IMG/VR virus record: IMGVR_UViG_3300033144_003548
Source: a virus
Length of the DNA: 64,000 nucleotides
Reading direction: 5' to 3' (one strand)
The notes under the pieces are model-generated. The model was not told the DNA's origin, did no database searches, and saw only the letters and a program-made list of their open reading frames with translations. Shown here in pieces: positions 29,898 to 38,234 of this stretch; within the stretch, counting starts at the first letter, position 1; each line of letters starts with the position of its first letter. A program made the position numbers and the translations under genes.

Positions 29898-29928
29898 AAT
29901 TTGACCTCCGTCTTTTATGGATACTCCT

Positions 29929-30005
29929 TACGGGCGGCAGGACTCGAACCTGCAAAACCTTGCTTCTAAGACAAGTACGTATGCCTTTAATTCCGTCACG
30001 CCCGC
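29929..30005 (-). tRNA. tRNA-Leu(TAG), short variable arm
   Basis: CTTGT-CTTAGAA-GCAAG. Confidence 0.85.
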
Positions 30006-30010
30006 TCTCG

Positions 30011-30089
30011 TGCCCTCAGCGAGATTTGAACTCGCATTCTCAGATCCATTACGGCTAAGAGTTTAGGAAACTCCCCCGACTATGAGGGC
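30011..30089 (-). tRNA. Atypical tRNA-Arg(CCT) lacking a canonical D-arm
   Basis: Acceptor GCCCTCA/TGAGGGC, GGAGT-TTCCTAA-ACTCT, T-arm GCGAG-TTCAAAT-CTCGC. Confidence 0.7.
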
Positions 30090-30281
30090 TTATCTCATCA
30101 TCCACTGCCCTAGTTCTTTGCGTTGTTCACCAATCCACCTACTAAAATCTTTCTCTAATTTCTTAGAAACTTTTGCGCCACAATGTGCTTTCCATTTACC
30201 ACACTTGACACAAAATTTAAATTCCCAGTAATAGCTATCGGTTTCTTTTTCTACCTTGTTCCAGTCGTGCTTACAAAACAT

Positions 30282-30560
30282 CTACAAACTCTCCGTATAA
30301 CATTTAAATCTATTATCACAATTATAGCACATTTTCTCCAGCGTGTCAAGTCCTACACATCTTTGCCTGACATACTCTCTACTATAATGATGATTTACAA
30401 CTAGCATCCAATAACAAGTAATTGCTCCAAAAGGTTGACCACATTTTGGACAAAGCCGTTCTTCTCTGCTACTGCCTGGAAGTCTCTTCCACTCAAATAC
30501 AGTTCTGGCAGAGGGGAAGAACTCCTCACAGTTCTCACACCAAAAAGAAAAATTAATCAT
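30282..30560 (-). CDS. Zn-ribbon plus Cys-module protein
   Basis: CENC, CPKC, CYNCDNRFKCYTES. Confidence 0.7.
   Translation of the reverse strand: MINFSFWCENCEEFFPSARTVFEWKRLPGSSREERLCPKCGQPFGAITCYWMLVVNHHYSREYVRQRCVGLDTLEKMCYNCDNRFKCYTESL
30321..30349 (-). promoter_or_regulatory. sigma70-type promoter inside a CDS
   Basis: TTGACA-17-TATAAT with extended TG. Confidence 0.6.
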
Positions 30561-30562
30561 CC

Positions 30563-30638
30563 TGGCACCCCTGGAGAGACTCGAACTCTCATCTTACGCT
30601 TTAGAAGAGCGTTGCTGTTCCAATTCAGCTACAGGGGC
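30563..30638 (-). tRNA. tRNA-Arg(TCT)
   Basis: ACGCT-CTTCTAA-AGCGT; CCA. Confidence 0.9.
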
Positions 30639-30830
30639 TTTCTTTACCATAAAAGTCGTATAACAATAAAATTTTATTGGACAACTCTCACATTCTTCAA
30701 GTCCATCATTATTATACTGATGACAATAACAATGAGACACAAAAGAGAAGTTATCACGATTGGGGTAATTCAAACAAATCCTAACCATTTGTTGCCTGAA
30801 AGGTACTTCTTTACGTCTAGACTTTGACAT
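30594..30830 (-). CDS. Cys-module protein
   Basis: CESCPIKFYCYTTF. Confidence 0.65.
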   Translation of the reverse strand: MSKSRRKEVPFRQQMVRICLNYPNRDNFSFVSHCYCHQYNNDGLEECESCPIKFYCYTTFMVKKAPVAELEQQRSSKA

Positions 30831-31233
30831 AATCTATACACCCACCTCTCTCAAAGTGAGCACAATTTACAGGAAAAGCAGGTCCATCCGCAGTTATAAA
30901 CTCTGGCAACTTTTCTCTAATAGAACAGTTAGTTATATACGGACAATCAATCTCCTCACAGGTAATTATTCTATCACTAATTATACCAGCCTTTGGACAC
31001 TCTATCTGTTGATTGCCAAAGTAACCAACAACCTTTCCCCACTCCTCAGTATAACATCTAAACCTCAAATGGCAAGTATCACATTTAGAGTTATCTTTTG
31101 AGGCGTAGGTTCGCTTCCAGCACTCTGCCATAAAAGTATCATCTTCCATAGATGACCTCAGCATCCTATCACTTTTTGCCTCGAATGGTTTTGTGCTAAC
31201 TTGTTTACTTCTCTTTTTATTCAGCTTAGCCAT
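30817..31233 (-). CDS. Cys-module protein
   Basis: CDTCHLRFRCYTEE. Confidence 0.7.
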   Translation of the reverse strand: MAKLNKKRSKQVSTKPFEAKSDRMLRSSMEDDTFMAECWKRTYASKDNSKCDTCHLRFRCYTEEWGKVVGYFGNQQIECPKAGIISDRIITCEEIDCPYITNCSIREKLPEFITADGPAFPVNCAHFERGGCIDYVKV

Positions 31234-31236
31234 ATG

Positions 31237-31313
31237 TTCCCCTGGCGAGACTCGAACTCGCAGCTAACCGAAGTTCGTAGCTTCGTGCTCTATCCAAATT
31301 GAGCTACAGGGGA
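31237..31313 (-). tRNA. tRNA-Arg(ACG)
   Basis: CGAAG-CTACGAA-CTTCG. Confidence 0.9.
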
Positions 31314-31316
31314 TTT

Positions 31317-31391
31317 TGGTAGGGGTAGAGGGAATCGAACCCTCGTTTTCAGGGTGAAAACCTGAGTGCCTGTCCACTAGCAGATACCCCC
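31317..31391 (-). tRNA. tRNA-Glu(TTC)
   Basis: TCAGG-TTTTCAC-CCTGA; CCA. Confidence 0.9.
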
Positions 31392-31667
31392 TCCCTTTGT
31401 AATTGGTATTAAATCATTAACTATCTTACCAAACATCCATTTTTCAGCATACTCAGAGACTATATGATACATCTTTTTATTTCTCTGCTTTACCCAGGAA
31501 TTTTGTATTAATTTCTCATAATCTCTAAAATTTACTTCTATTATGGCATAATCTTTAAACGTGAGTGTGTAGCAAACAAACCTAAGACGGCAACTATCAC
31601 AACGTTTGCCAGCACAGTAATATCTCTCCCAAAACTGTCGCCCTTCAAACAGAAGTCTTCTTCTCAT
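31377..31667 (-). CDS. Cys-module protein
   Basis: CAGKRCDSCRLRFVCYTLT. Confidence 0.7.
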   Translation of the reverse strand: MRRRLLFEGRQFWERYYCAGKRCDSCRLRFVCYTLTFKDYAIIEVNFRDYEKLIQNSWVKQRNKKMYHIVSEYAEKWMFGKIVNDLIPITKGGGIC

Positions 31668-31669
31668 TA

Positions 31670-31915
31670 CTACCTAACTACAAGTGCTTCAAGCACCATA
31701 GATTTCTCGTCTGGTAATAAATGTAATTTAAGCTTACTTATACATTTATAAGGTTCTAGTTTAAAACAAGCCAAATCAAATCTGAAAGGTATAATCTCGG
31801 TTATGTAAGTACCACTATCAAACTCTTTGTGGATTCTCATCGTCATACACTCAAATCTACTTTCACAGTTATCACACGACTCGTGCAGTATTGGAAACCT
31901 AAAATTTACTTTCAT
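31670..31915 (-). CDS. Cys-module protein
   Basis: CDNCESRFECMTMR. Confidence 0.65.
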   Translation of the reverse strand: MKVNFRFPILHESCDNCESRFECMTMRIHKEFDSGTYITEIIPFRFDLACFKLEPYKCISKLKLHLLPDEKSMVLEALVVR

Positions 31916-31916
31916 A

Positions 31917-32009
31917 TGGTAGGCGTGGTAGGAATCGAACCTACACCTTGGGTATATCAGACCCTAAACCGCTTATAAGACGGTTGCACTGCCTTTGTGC
32001 TTCACGCCC
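31917..32009 (-). tRNA. tRNA-Ile with two tandem anticodon arms (TAT and GAT)
   Basis: ACCGT-CTTATAA-GCGGT, TT, AGGGT-CTGATAT-ACCCA, AGGT, T-arm, ACCA. Confidence 0.85.
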
Positions 32010-32230
32010 TTTCGTGTTCTCAAAGCATTTACGAACCCATAAATACCGATACACACACCGATAGAATTAACCACTATTATAGCTGGAAGTGCTTGTAGTA
32101 TACCATAAGTAAGGAATAAAATAGCTCCACCAAGCAATAATCCTTTTATAATTACCAGCCCCTTGAATGCCATAGCTCCGTAAATTAGAACACCAGCAAC
32201 CACACCAATAGCTTCTATTAGCCAATTCAT
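31973..32230 (-). CDS. Small membrane protein (YgjV-like)
   Basis: Three hydrophobic helices; YG.L..ALP.I.VN pattern. Confidence 0.55.
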   Translation of the reverse strand: MNWLIEAIGVVAGVLIYGAMAFKGLVIIKGLLLGGAILFLTYGILQALPAIIVVNSIGVCIGIYGFVNALRTRKGVKHKGSATVL

Positions 32231-32841
32231 AACAGATCCATCTCCAGAGGCGGATTTACGTTTCTGTAGTATTCATCTACAATCGAAACGTTTGCAAATA
32301 ATGTTTCTCGATTAAACTTTTTACCAAATCCTTCGTGTATATGACCAAAGATGTGTATTCTTGGTTTGACTTCTCTAACCCTATCTAAAAGAGTCTCTGA
32401 ACCAGCCTCTCTACCGTTTACTGCTAAGTCTTGCATCCCTCTAGGTGGACCGTGTGTGATAAGGACATCTAATTTATCTGGTATATACCTCCACATCTCC
32501 CCCAACTCGTTGTCGGGCTTCATAAAAGCCCAACTACCAAACACGGGTGTATAAGGAGATGCCCAAAAGTTAATACCATCAATTACAATTCCCTTATTAT
32601 AAAGAACTGTAGCGTTCTTTAGCCACAATGAGGGTGGTCTTGATTGAAGAGCAAAATGAAAGTCGTGGTTACCAGGAGTAAATAGAATATGCTTGAAGTC
32701 CAGTGTCCCTAACCACTCATCAAACTTTTCAACCTCGTCTACTTTCCCCATCATCGTAGCATCACCAGCGTGGATTAGAACATCACCTGCTGGCAGTTTG
32801 GGAAAATGCCCGTGTGTATCAGCTATTGCTACTATTCTCAT
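32227..32841 (-). CDS. Calcineurin-like metallophosphoesterase
   Basis: IADTHG, HAGD, GNHD, THGPP, FGHIHE. Confidence 0.9.
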   Translation of the reverse strand: MRIVAIADTHGHFPKLPAGDVLIHAGDATMMGKVDEVEKFDEWLGTLDFKHILFTPGNHDFHFALQSRPPSLWLKNATVLYNKGIVIDGINFWASPYTPVFGSWAFMKPDNELGEMWRYIPDKLDVLITHGPPRGMQDLAVNGREAGSETLLDRVREVKPRIHIFGHIHEGFGKKFNRETLFANVSIVDEYYRNVNPPLEMDLL

Positions 32842-32967
32842 TTTCTGCCTTTTCTATCCACTTCCTAAATGGGCAATCGTTACAGATCTTAGCACCACGT
32901 TTCCTAACCGATTTGCAATTCTTATAAAAAACTTTACTCTTTTTAAGTTCTTTAAGTGTTATCATTC

Positions 32968-33043
32968 TGGTAGGGTCAGACGGATTCGAACCGACATTCC
33001 CTGTTCGAGAGACAGGAATCCTTAACCATTAGATGATGACCCC
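32968..33043 (-). tRNA. tRNA-Glu(CTC)
   Basis: CCTGT-CTCTCGA-ACAGG; CCA. Confidence 0.9.
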
Positions 33044-33047
33044 AACG

Positions 33048-33121
33048 TGGAAGCGAAGGGACTCGAACCCTTAATATCCGCTTTAAGAGAGCGGTGCTGT
33101 ATCCAGTTTAGCTACGCTTCC
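33048..33121 (-). tRNA. tRNA-Lys(CTT)
   Basis: CCGCT-CTCTTAA-AGCGG. Confidence 0.9.
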
Positions 33122-33313
33122 TTTTTTACTCATTTCAATAAAGTTGGTGAGTTGAGTACTGCTGAAACCTGTACCTTTAAAATCACGGTTTGTGAAGCAT
33201 TTGAATCTTAGTTTGCAGCTATCACATTTGCTAGAGCCGCACTCAATAAAGATTCCCTGCCCATCACATTCGTAATAATCATCACATTGACCACCCATAA
33301 CCCAAAGTCTCAA
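33083..33313 (-). CDS. Cys-module protein
   Basis: CGSSKCDSCKLRFKCFTNR. Confidence 0.7.
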   Translation of the reverse strand: MRLWVMGGQCDDYYECDGQGIFIECGSSKCDSCKLRFKCFTNRDFKGTGFSSTQLTNFIEMSKKGSVAKLDTAPLS

Positions 33314-33513
33314 AATTCAGCCAACCTTTTAACGTTAATCCCACGTTTTTTCAGCTTATCCATAACCTCGTTGGTTTTCATATTAATGCAATCATTGACT
33401 ATTATAGCACTTTCTGTGAAACATTTGAATCTATCTTTACACGTATCACAGTCAGTGTAATAGCACCAAAAAGCCTCGATGCTATCTTCCTTCTGTATAA
33501 CAACATACCTCAT
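33310..33513 (-). CDS. Cys-module protein
   Basis: CYYTDCDTCKDRFKCFTES. Confidence 0.7.
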   Translation of the reverse strand: MRYVVIQKEDSIEAFWCYYTDCDTCKDRFKCFTESAIIVNDCINMKTNEVMDKLKKRGINVKRLAEF

Positions 33514-33794
33514 TAGTCAAAATGGAAAGCTCTATGTTCAGCTAGTTGTTCCTCAAGATCGTGGTTGTAAGAATAAACTTCCATTACTTTCTGCATAGGT
33601 TTGCTATTCATTTCATCGTAGACTTCTCTAACATTTTCAGTCTTAGCCACCCACACAGGATAGTCATCATAATCAAAAGTGTCACAAACCACTAACATAT
33701 GAGAGCACCCACTAACACGAAATCCCATAAAGGTTGTCTCTCTATTGAGCCAATCTCTAATGTCTTGTTTCGTAGCCACCATTTCTCTCCTTTC

Positions 33795-33873
33795 TGGTGG
33801 GAGTAGAGGGACTCGAACCCACAACAATCACCTTAAAAGGGTGCTGCTCTGCCTGCAATTGAGCTATACTCCC
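33795..33873 (-). tRNA. tRNA-Lys(TTT)
   Basis: CTTTTAA loop; CCA. Confidence 0.9.
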
Positions 33874-33881
33874 TTATTATA

Positions 33882-33910
33882 ATTATAACATATTGAAAAT
33901 GGTCTGTCAA
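33882..33910 (-). promoter_or_regulatory. sigma70-type promoter upstream of tRNA-Lys
   Basis: TTGACA-17-TATAAT with extended TG. Confidence 0.8.
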
Positions 33911-33921
33911 GTGCTTTCTTC

Positions 33922-34009
33922 TGGCGGAAAGGGAGGGATTCGAACCCTCGGTGCTGTTACACACACAGACTTAGCAGATCTGCACAATAAGCCACTCTGA
34001 CACCTTTCC
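33922..34009 (-). tRNA. tRNA-Ser(GCT)
   Basis: CTGCTAA loop, long variable arm; CCA. Confidence 0.9.
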
Positions 34010-34012
34010 AAA

Positions 34013-34107
34013 AGCTAGGGCTGTTACTTTCCCACCACAATCTACACCATAAGGCGGTCAGGGAACGAACTCCCCACTGAAGTCGTCCAAGGACCCTTGC
34101 CCTAGCT
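34013..34107 (-). ncRNA. Candidate structured RNA of unknown class
   Basis: 9-bp terminal stem AGCUAGGGC/GCCCUAGCU, GC-rich interior, abuts tRNA-Ser. Confidence 0.5.
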
Positions 34108-34172
34108 GTTACAAAATGTCGGCATTTATTCACAAATGTTGACGTTTCGTAACAATAAAAAATCCCTACGCT

Positions 34173-34249
34173 TGGTAGGGACGACAGGATTTGAACCTGT
34201 AACCTTCGGTATATCAGACCGATGCTCAGCCAGATTGAGCTACGTCCCC
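34173..34249 (-). tRNA. tRNA-Ile(GAT)
   Basis: TCGGT-CTGATAT-ACCGA; CCA. Confidence 0.9.
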
Positions 34250-34406
34250 TTTTAGTTTATTTATCTTATCAAGCAAGTTCCTTTCCTTCCTAATCATCTC
34301 GGCAGCACACAACTCGCTACCGTAAGTGCCCCAGGCATAATTATGGAAGGATCGGAGTTCTCGATACTCCTTTTCTAATTTTTCCAATTGTTTCAATTTG
34401 TCCATA

Positions 34407-34484
34407 TGGTAGGGGTGACAGGGATCGAACCTGCATAGCTACTTGTTTGTAGGACAAGCGTTCCACCAATTGAACTACACCCCT
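34407..34484 (-). tRNA. tRNA-Val(TAC)
   Basis: CTTGT-CCTACAA-ACAAG (C33); CCA. Confidence 0.85.
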
Positions 34485-35189
34485 ATTTTGATGAGGCTAT
34501 TTCCAACCCCAACCGAATTTTTTGCCCCAACCAAAATTATTCTTCATCTTTCTCCCTCTTTGTGACCTTGATTCTACCCTCTTCTTCTGTCACATTATAA
34601 TCAGGTTCTTTTGGAATAACTCTGACCTTATACCTATCCTCTTTCTTAGGTCGTTTGTTGGGTGCAAACTCTCTAGTCATCTCTTTGCCAGTTTGATCTT
34701 TCATCGCTTCCACCTTCTTTGGTATCCATCTACCCTGATGGCATTGACCACATTGTTTCCCCAACCTCAGTGGAGAATAATCTGCGGTTTTGTGGCAATA
34801 CGTACACTGCATTTCCATTTATTTCTTCTCGTCTGCTTCTTTTACTTTAGCCAAAAAGTATTGTGTTTTGTCTTCATTACCGATAATGGTAACAACCTTC
34901 AATTCAGCAAAGGGTCTTTGCTCTTGAAGAAATCTTACCACACCAATCTCAGTATTAAGCTGTGTCTTGAAATGGTTTTTCATTCTTAGAATATAACCAT
35001 CTGGATGAAACTTCTCAGCTAATGTTCCACTAATTTCAAACATCTACCTCTCCTTAGTATACATCCCCATTTTCTCGGATTTTCATATCCTCATAGGGAG
35101 CTATTACTCTCCTATAAAATTCTCTGCCCACGCAATCTAATGTTCCCATTAGCCTTGCATATACGGCATATCCTCCACCACCATATAAG

Positions 35190-35543
35190 CTATTCGCTAT
35201 TTTTGTTATTGTATAATTGAAACACCCGTCCAGGTCGTTGTCCTTGATTTTCTTTAGAGCCTCTATTAGCTCTTCTACGTCTTTGTCGAGAACTCCCCGA
35301 TGCTCTCTTTTTATATACGGCATCTTCCCTTCCTTGTTGTCTACTTTTTATTAACTTATCTCTCTTTTTCTTTGCTCGCTTCACAGAAGGTTTTACATAT
35401 GCTTCCCGCTCTTTTAGTTCCCTGAATAAACCAGAAGCCTGAACCATACGATTAAAACGAGAAAGCATAGAATCTAAATAAGCTGAACTCTCTGGATTTT
35501 TCCTATATAATTCTTCCTCAAATTTCGTTAACTTTACGTACAT
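35190..35543 (-). CDS. rpsU: Ribosomal protein bS21-like
   Basis: LDSMLSRFNRMVQASGLFRELKEREAYVKPSVKRAKKK resembles the bS21 core. Confidence 0.7.
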   Translation of the reverse strand: MYVKLTKFEEELYRKNPESSAYLDSMLSRFNRMVQASGLFRELKEREAYVKPSVKRAKKKRDKLIKSRQQGREDAVYKKRASGSSRQRRRRANRGSKENQGQRPGRVFQLYNNKNSE

Positions 35544-35971
35544 TCAACAACTACGAATCTGTCATCCAAATACTTTTGACAGATAGGTTTTACCTCACTT
35601 TCCCAATCTCTTCTGCCGTTACCACAACCAGGCTTTGTGAGATAGAACTTACCGTGCTTTCGTGGATTATCTGCCCACTCGACAAGCTGCCGTAGTGAAC
35701 GTTCTATCAAATTTAGATCTGCTTGTTCTCTCCAATGGTGTTTGACTGGTAAGGTTATAATGTTATATTTATCAAAAACATAAACATTATTACCACCACT
35801 CAATTTTGCTCCTAATTCGTAGGGAAGTTGAGGAAACTTAACAGCAGCCTGCTTTGCTGTACCACGACCCATCACACAAGCACCATCTTTACGAATCGTA
35901 CCGTTGGTAGTAATTATAATCCACCGACCTAGTTTATGATAGTCCCAAAGATTACCTGTCTGCTCTATCAT
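35534..35971 (-). CDS. Macrodomain (ADP-ribose-binding) protein
   Basis: IITTNG...VMGRGTAKQA, TLPVKHHWR, PGCGNG. Confidence 0.8.
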   Translation of the reverse strand: MIEQTGNLWDYHKLGRWIIITTNGTIRKDGACVMGRGTAKQAAVKFPQLPYELGAKLSGGNNVYVFDKYNIITLPVKHHWREQADLNLIERSLRQLVEWADNPRKHGKFYLTKPGCGNGRRDWESEVKPICQKYLDDRFVVVECT

Positions 35972-35972
35972 T

Positions 35973-36260
35973 TTACTCCCTTGTCATTTTAGTTCCGCAT
36001 TTAGGACAATCAACCTCATTACAAGGTTGATTTACAGTATGAGGAACTTTTACTCCGCAGCTAGGACATATGCAGTTTCCTGCTGGACCTGCACCAGGTT
36101 TATCACCCTGATTTCTGCCCCTACCTTGACTGAAAGAACCCACTCTAGGTTTACCAAACTGATCAATTCCGCCAAGAGCTTCCATTGTCACCATTTGTCT
36201 CCTGCCCATACCAAATGCTCTCCTAAACCACCTATTTCTATGTCTCATTTTAGCCTCCAA
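35973..36260 (-). CDS. Gly/Arg-rich protein with Cys-rich metal-binding tail
   Basis: GPAGNCICPSCG...PC..VDCPKCGTKMTR. Confidence 0.6.
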   Translation of the reverse strand: MEAKMRHRNRWFRRAFGMGRRQMVTMEALGGIDQFGKPRVGSFSQGRGRNQGDKPGAGPAGNCICPSCGVKVPHTVNQPCNEVDCPKCGTKMTRE

Positions 36261-36422
36261 GTTGTGATTGTAGTCTTCTTTGAACTGACTTGCTATCTGC
36301 GACTTCGATTTCGCCTTCTTCCATTAGTTCATTACAGATATTTACTACTACTCTCAAGTCAAGTCCCAACCTCTCGACTATATCAGAATAATAAAGGATT
36401 TCGCCCGTCTTAAAAAGTTCTT

Positions 36423-36821
36423 CTATTTTATCTTTAATAGCTCCCAAGTTACTTTGCCATCCTTTATTAAATCTCTAATTTGTCTTTGCAATTTTGTTGT
36501 CGTGCTTGAACCTTTCTTAACCTCAACGATTGTTATCTGTGTTGGATTCCCCTCTGACATCCCATCAAACACTATATAGTCAATCGGAGTTCCAATAAAC
36601 CTAGCATCACTCGGAGCGTGTTTCCATTCAGGGAAATGAGGAATCATTTGCTCAAATACTTGACCCTCTATTGATGCTTTACTTCTCTTTATTGCATCTG
36701 CTCTCGCCTCTTGCAGCAGCCGTTGCACATCCTTTTCTGTATTTTTTCTTTTAACAAGCTCTCTAATAAAAAGAATTGCAAAAATAAGTAACAGGACCGC
36801 AATGACTATGGTTTCAATCAT
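36423..36821 (-). CDS. Membrane-anchored Holliday junction resolvase-like endonuclease (COG4741-like)
   Basis: N-terminal TM helix; GQVFEQ..P, DARFIGTPIDYIVFDG, EVKKG. Confidence 0.8.
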   Translation of the reverse strand: MIETIVIAVLLLIFAILFIRELVKRKNTEKDVQRLLQEARADAIKRSKASIEGQVFEQMIPHFPEWKHAPSDARFIGTPIDYIVFDGMSEGNPTQITIVEVKKGSSTTTKLQRQIRDLIKDGKVTWELLKIK

Positions 36822-37226
36822 TTTGACCTCTCAGGTATAAGCTCAACTATTTTCCGTAGCTCATCAATATACTGATCTTGGAACGGAAACAAACATTTGT
36901 AAACAGACAGATCACCAACACGTTTTCTAGCTTCTGCCTCCAGCATCCAAATACCCCATTCCAAATAAAGTTCAGCCATTAACCCTTTGCTCCACGTGGT
37001 TGACTTGAAACGAATCCACTCTCTCTTAGCTTGAAGATGTGATCAATTGGATATTTGTCGACAACGTTGCCACCGATGTTTAAATCTAGATAACCTATGC
37101 AAAGCATATCCCCTTTCTGATAAACCGCATAAACCCCATCATAAGTGATAGCCGCATTTGACCTGTCAAACCAGATTTCTACTTTCATTTCCTACTCCCA
37201 TAGAAATTTTGACTTACATTTAAGTC

Positions 37227-37781
37227 CTATACTTCATCCCCCCAAAAATCCCAACCTTCGGTGTACTCTGTATCATCCTTCAAACGAGCAAAAAGTTCTA
37301 TTCGTGGTAAATCACCCATTAAATCAACTATTTTCTTCCTCGTTATATCTGGTTTCTGAGAGTGCCTCCGTATTGGCTCATCTATAATTTGATGAACATT
37401 CTTATTTACCCGTTTAGGATTGCCCTTAGTTCCAAGTAAAATAACTTCAGCATTTGCTCTAGTCCAGTAGCCCATCCCCGTAAACCAGGTAGGTGCTTTC
37501 TTGTTTCTCTTTACCCACACAAAGGCAATTGTCTTATAAGAGAAACCCCAAGACTGCATTACCTCAAGAGCTTCGGGTATCATTGGACAAGTAGCCCACA
37601 GAAACAATGTACAATCCTTATCAACAATATTACCTACAGGAAGAGCTTTAATCTCCTCTAAAATCATAGTCCGATAATGACTATCGGCACTTCTTCCACA
37701 ACCAGTATCTCTATTCCAAACTCTAAATCGCCAAGGCGGATCGGCATACAGTATGTTATATCTTTTGTTCGGTAAGTCCAT
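37227..37781 (-). CDS. MT-A70 family adenine methyltransferase
   Basis: LYADPPW, LFLWAT, HSQKP, RIELFAR. Confidence 0.9.
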   Translation of the reverse strand: MDLPNKRYNILYADPPWRFRVWNRDTGCGRSADSHYRTMILEEIKALPVGNIVDKDCTLFLWATCPMIPEALEVMQSWGFSYKTIAFVWVKRNKKAPTWFTGMGYWTRANAEVILLGTKGNPKRVNKNVHQIIDEPIRRHSQKPDITRKKIVDLMGDLPRIELFARLKDDTEYTEGWDFWGDEV

Positions 37782-38049
37782 CCAAATATTCCTTTATGAC
37801 ATCTCCGTGACAAGGTTGTGGTTTACAGAAACATCCCAATTTCTTGTTCTTCAAACGAGAAACCATAAGCACAAACATCGGGTCTTCAAGTTTGCCCTTA
37901 AAGTAGCTTCTATATCTCTCTATCACTTCTTCTCTTGTACCGTCTTTGCCAATTACAAAAGGATTACCAAAAGGAGAACCACGTCCAATGTAAATATAAT
38001 TTTTGTCCTTACATTTGTAGATATTAACTACTTCCGTTCTGTTGCACAT
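37756..38049 (-). CDS. DUF4326 family protein
   Basis: YIGRGSPFGNPFVIG..GTREEVI, LGCFCKPQPCHGDVI. Confidence 0.85.
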   Translation of the reverse strand: MCNRTEVVNIYKCKDKNYIYIGRGSPFGNPFVIGKDGTREEVIERYRSYFKGKLEDPMFVLMVSRLKNKKLGCFCKPQPCHGDVIKEYLDGLTEQKI

Positions 38050-38234
38050 ATAAATCTATCCTTACAATCCTTACAAAAATCGTAGAAACCACATCTATGA
38101 GGTTCGTCAATTACCTCACCACGACCACAAACCGTATATCTGATAAACTGCTTTTCGGTTTCACCGAAAGTAGTTACTTCGATTTCTTCCTTTGTACAAT
38201 TATAACACACTTTAAACTGACTGTCAAGCCCCAT
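38028..38234 (-). CDS. Cys-module protein
   Basis: CGFYDFCKDCKDRFICATER. Confidence 0.65.
   Translation of the reverse strand: MGLDSQFKVCYNCTKEEIEVTTFGETEKQFIRYTVCGRGEVIDEPHRCGFYDFCKDCKDRFICATERK
38199..38227 (-). promoter_or_regulatory. sigma70-type promoter overlapping a CDS start
   Basis: TTGACA-17-TATAAT with extended TG. Confidence 0.6.

Noticed and set aside
25862-30005. Suppressor tRNAs or stop-codon recoding
   Set aside because: TAA and TAG here are anticodons reading Leu codons UUA and CUA. No CTA, TTA or TCA anticodon was found and long genes are intact in code 11.
32815-32965. Additional Cys-module member (KICNDCPFRKWIE)
   Set aside because: Lacks the FxC[FYW]T half, so it was not counted among the 33.
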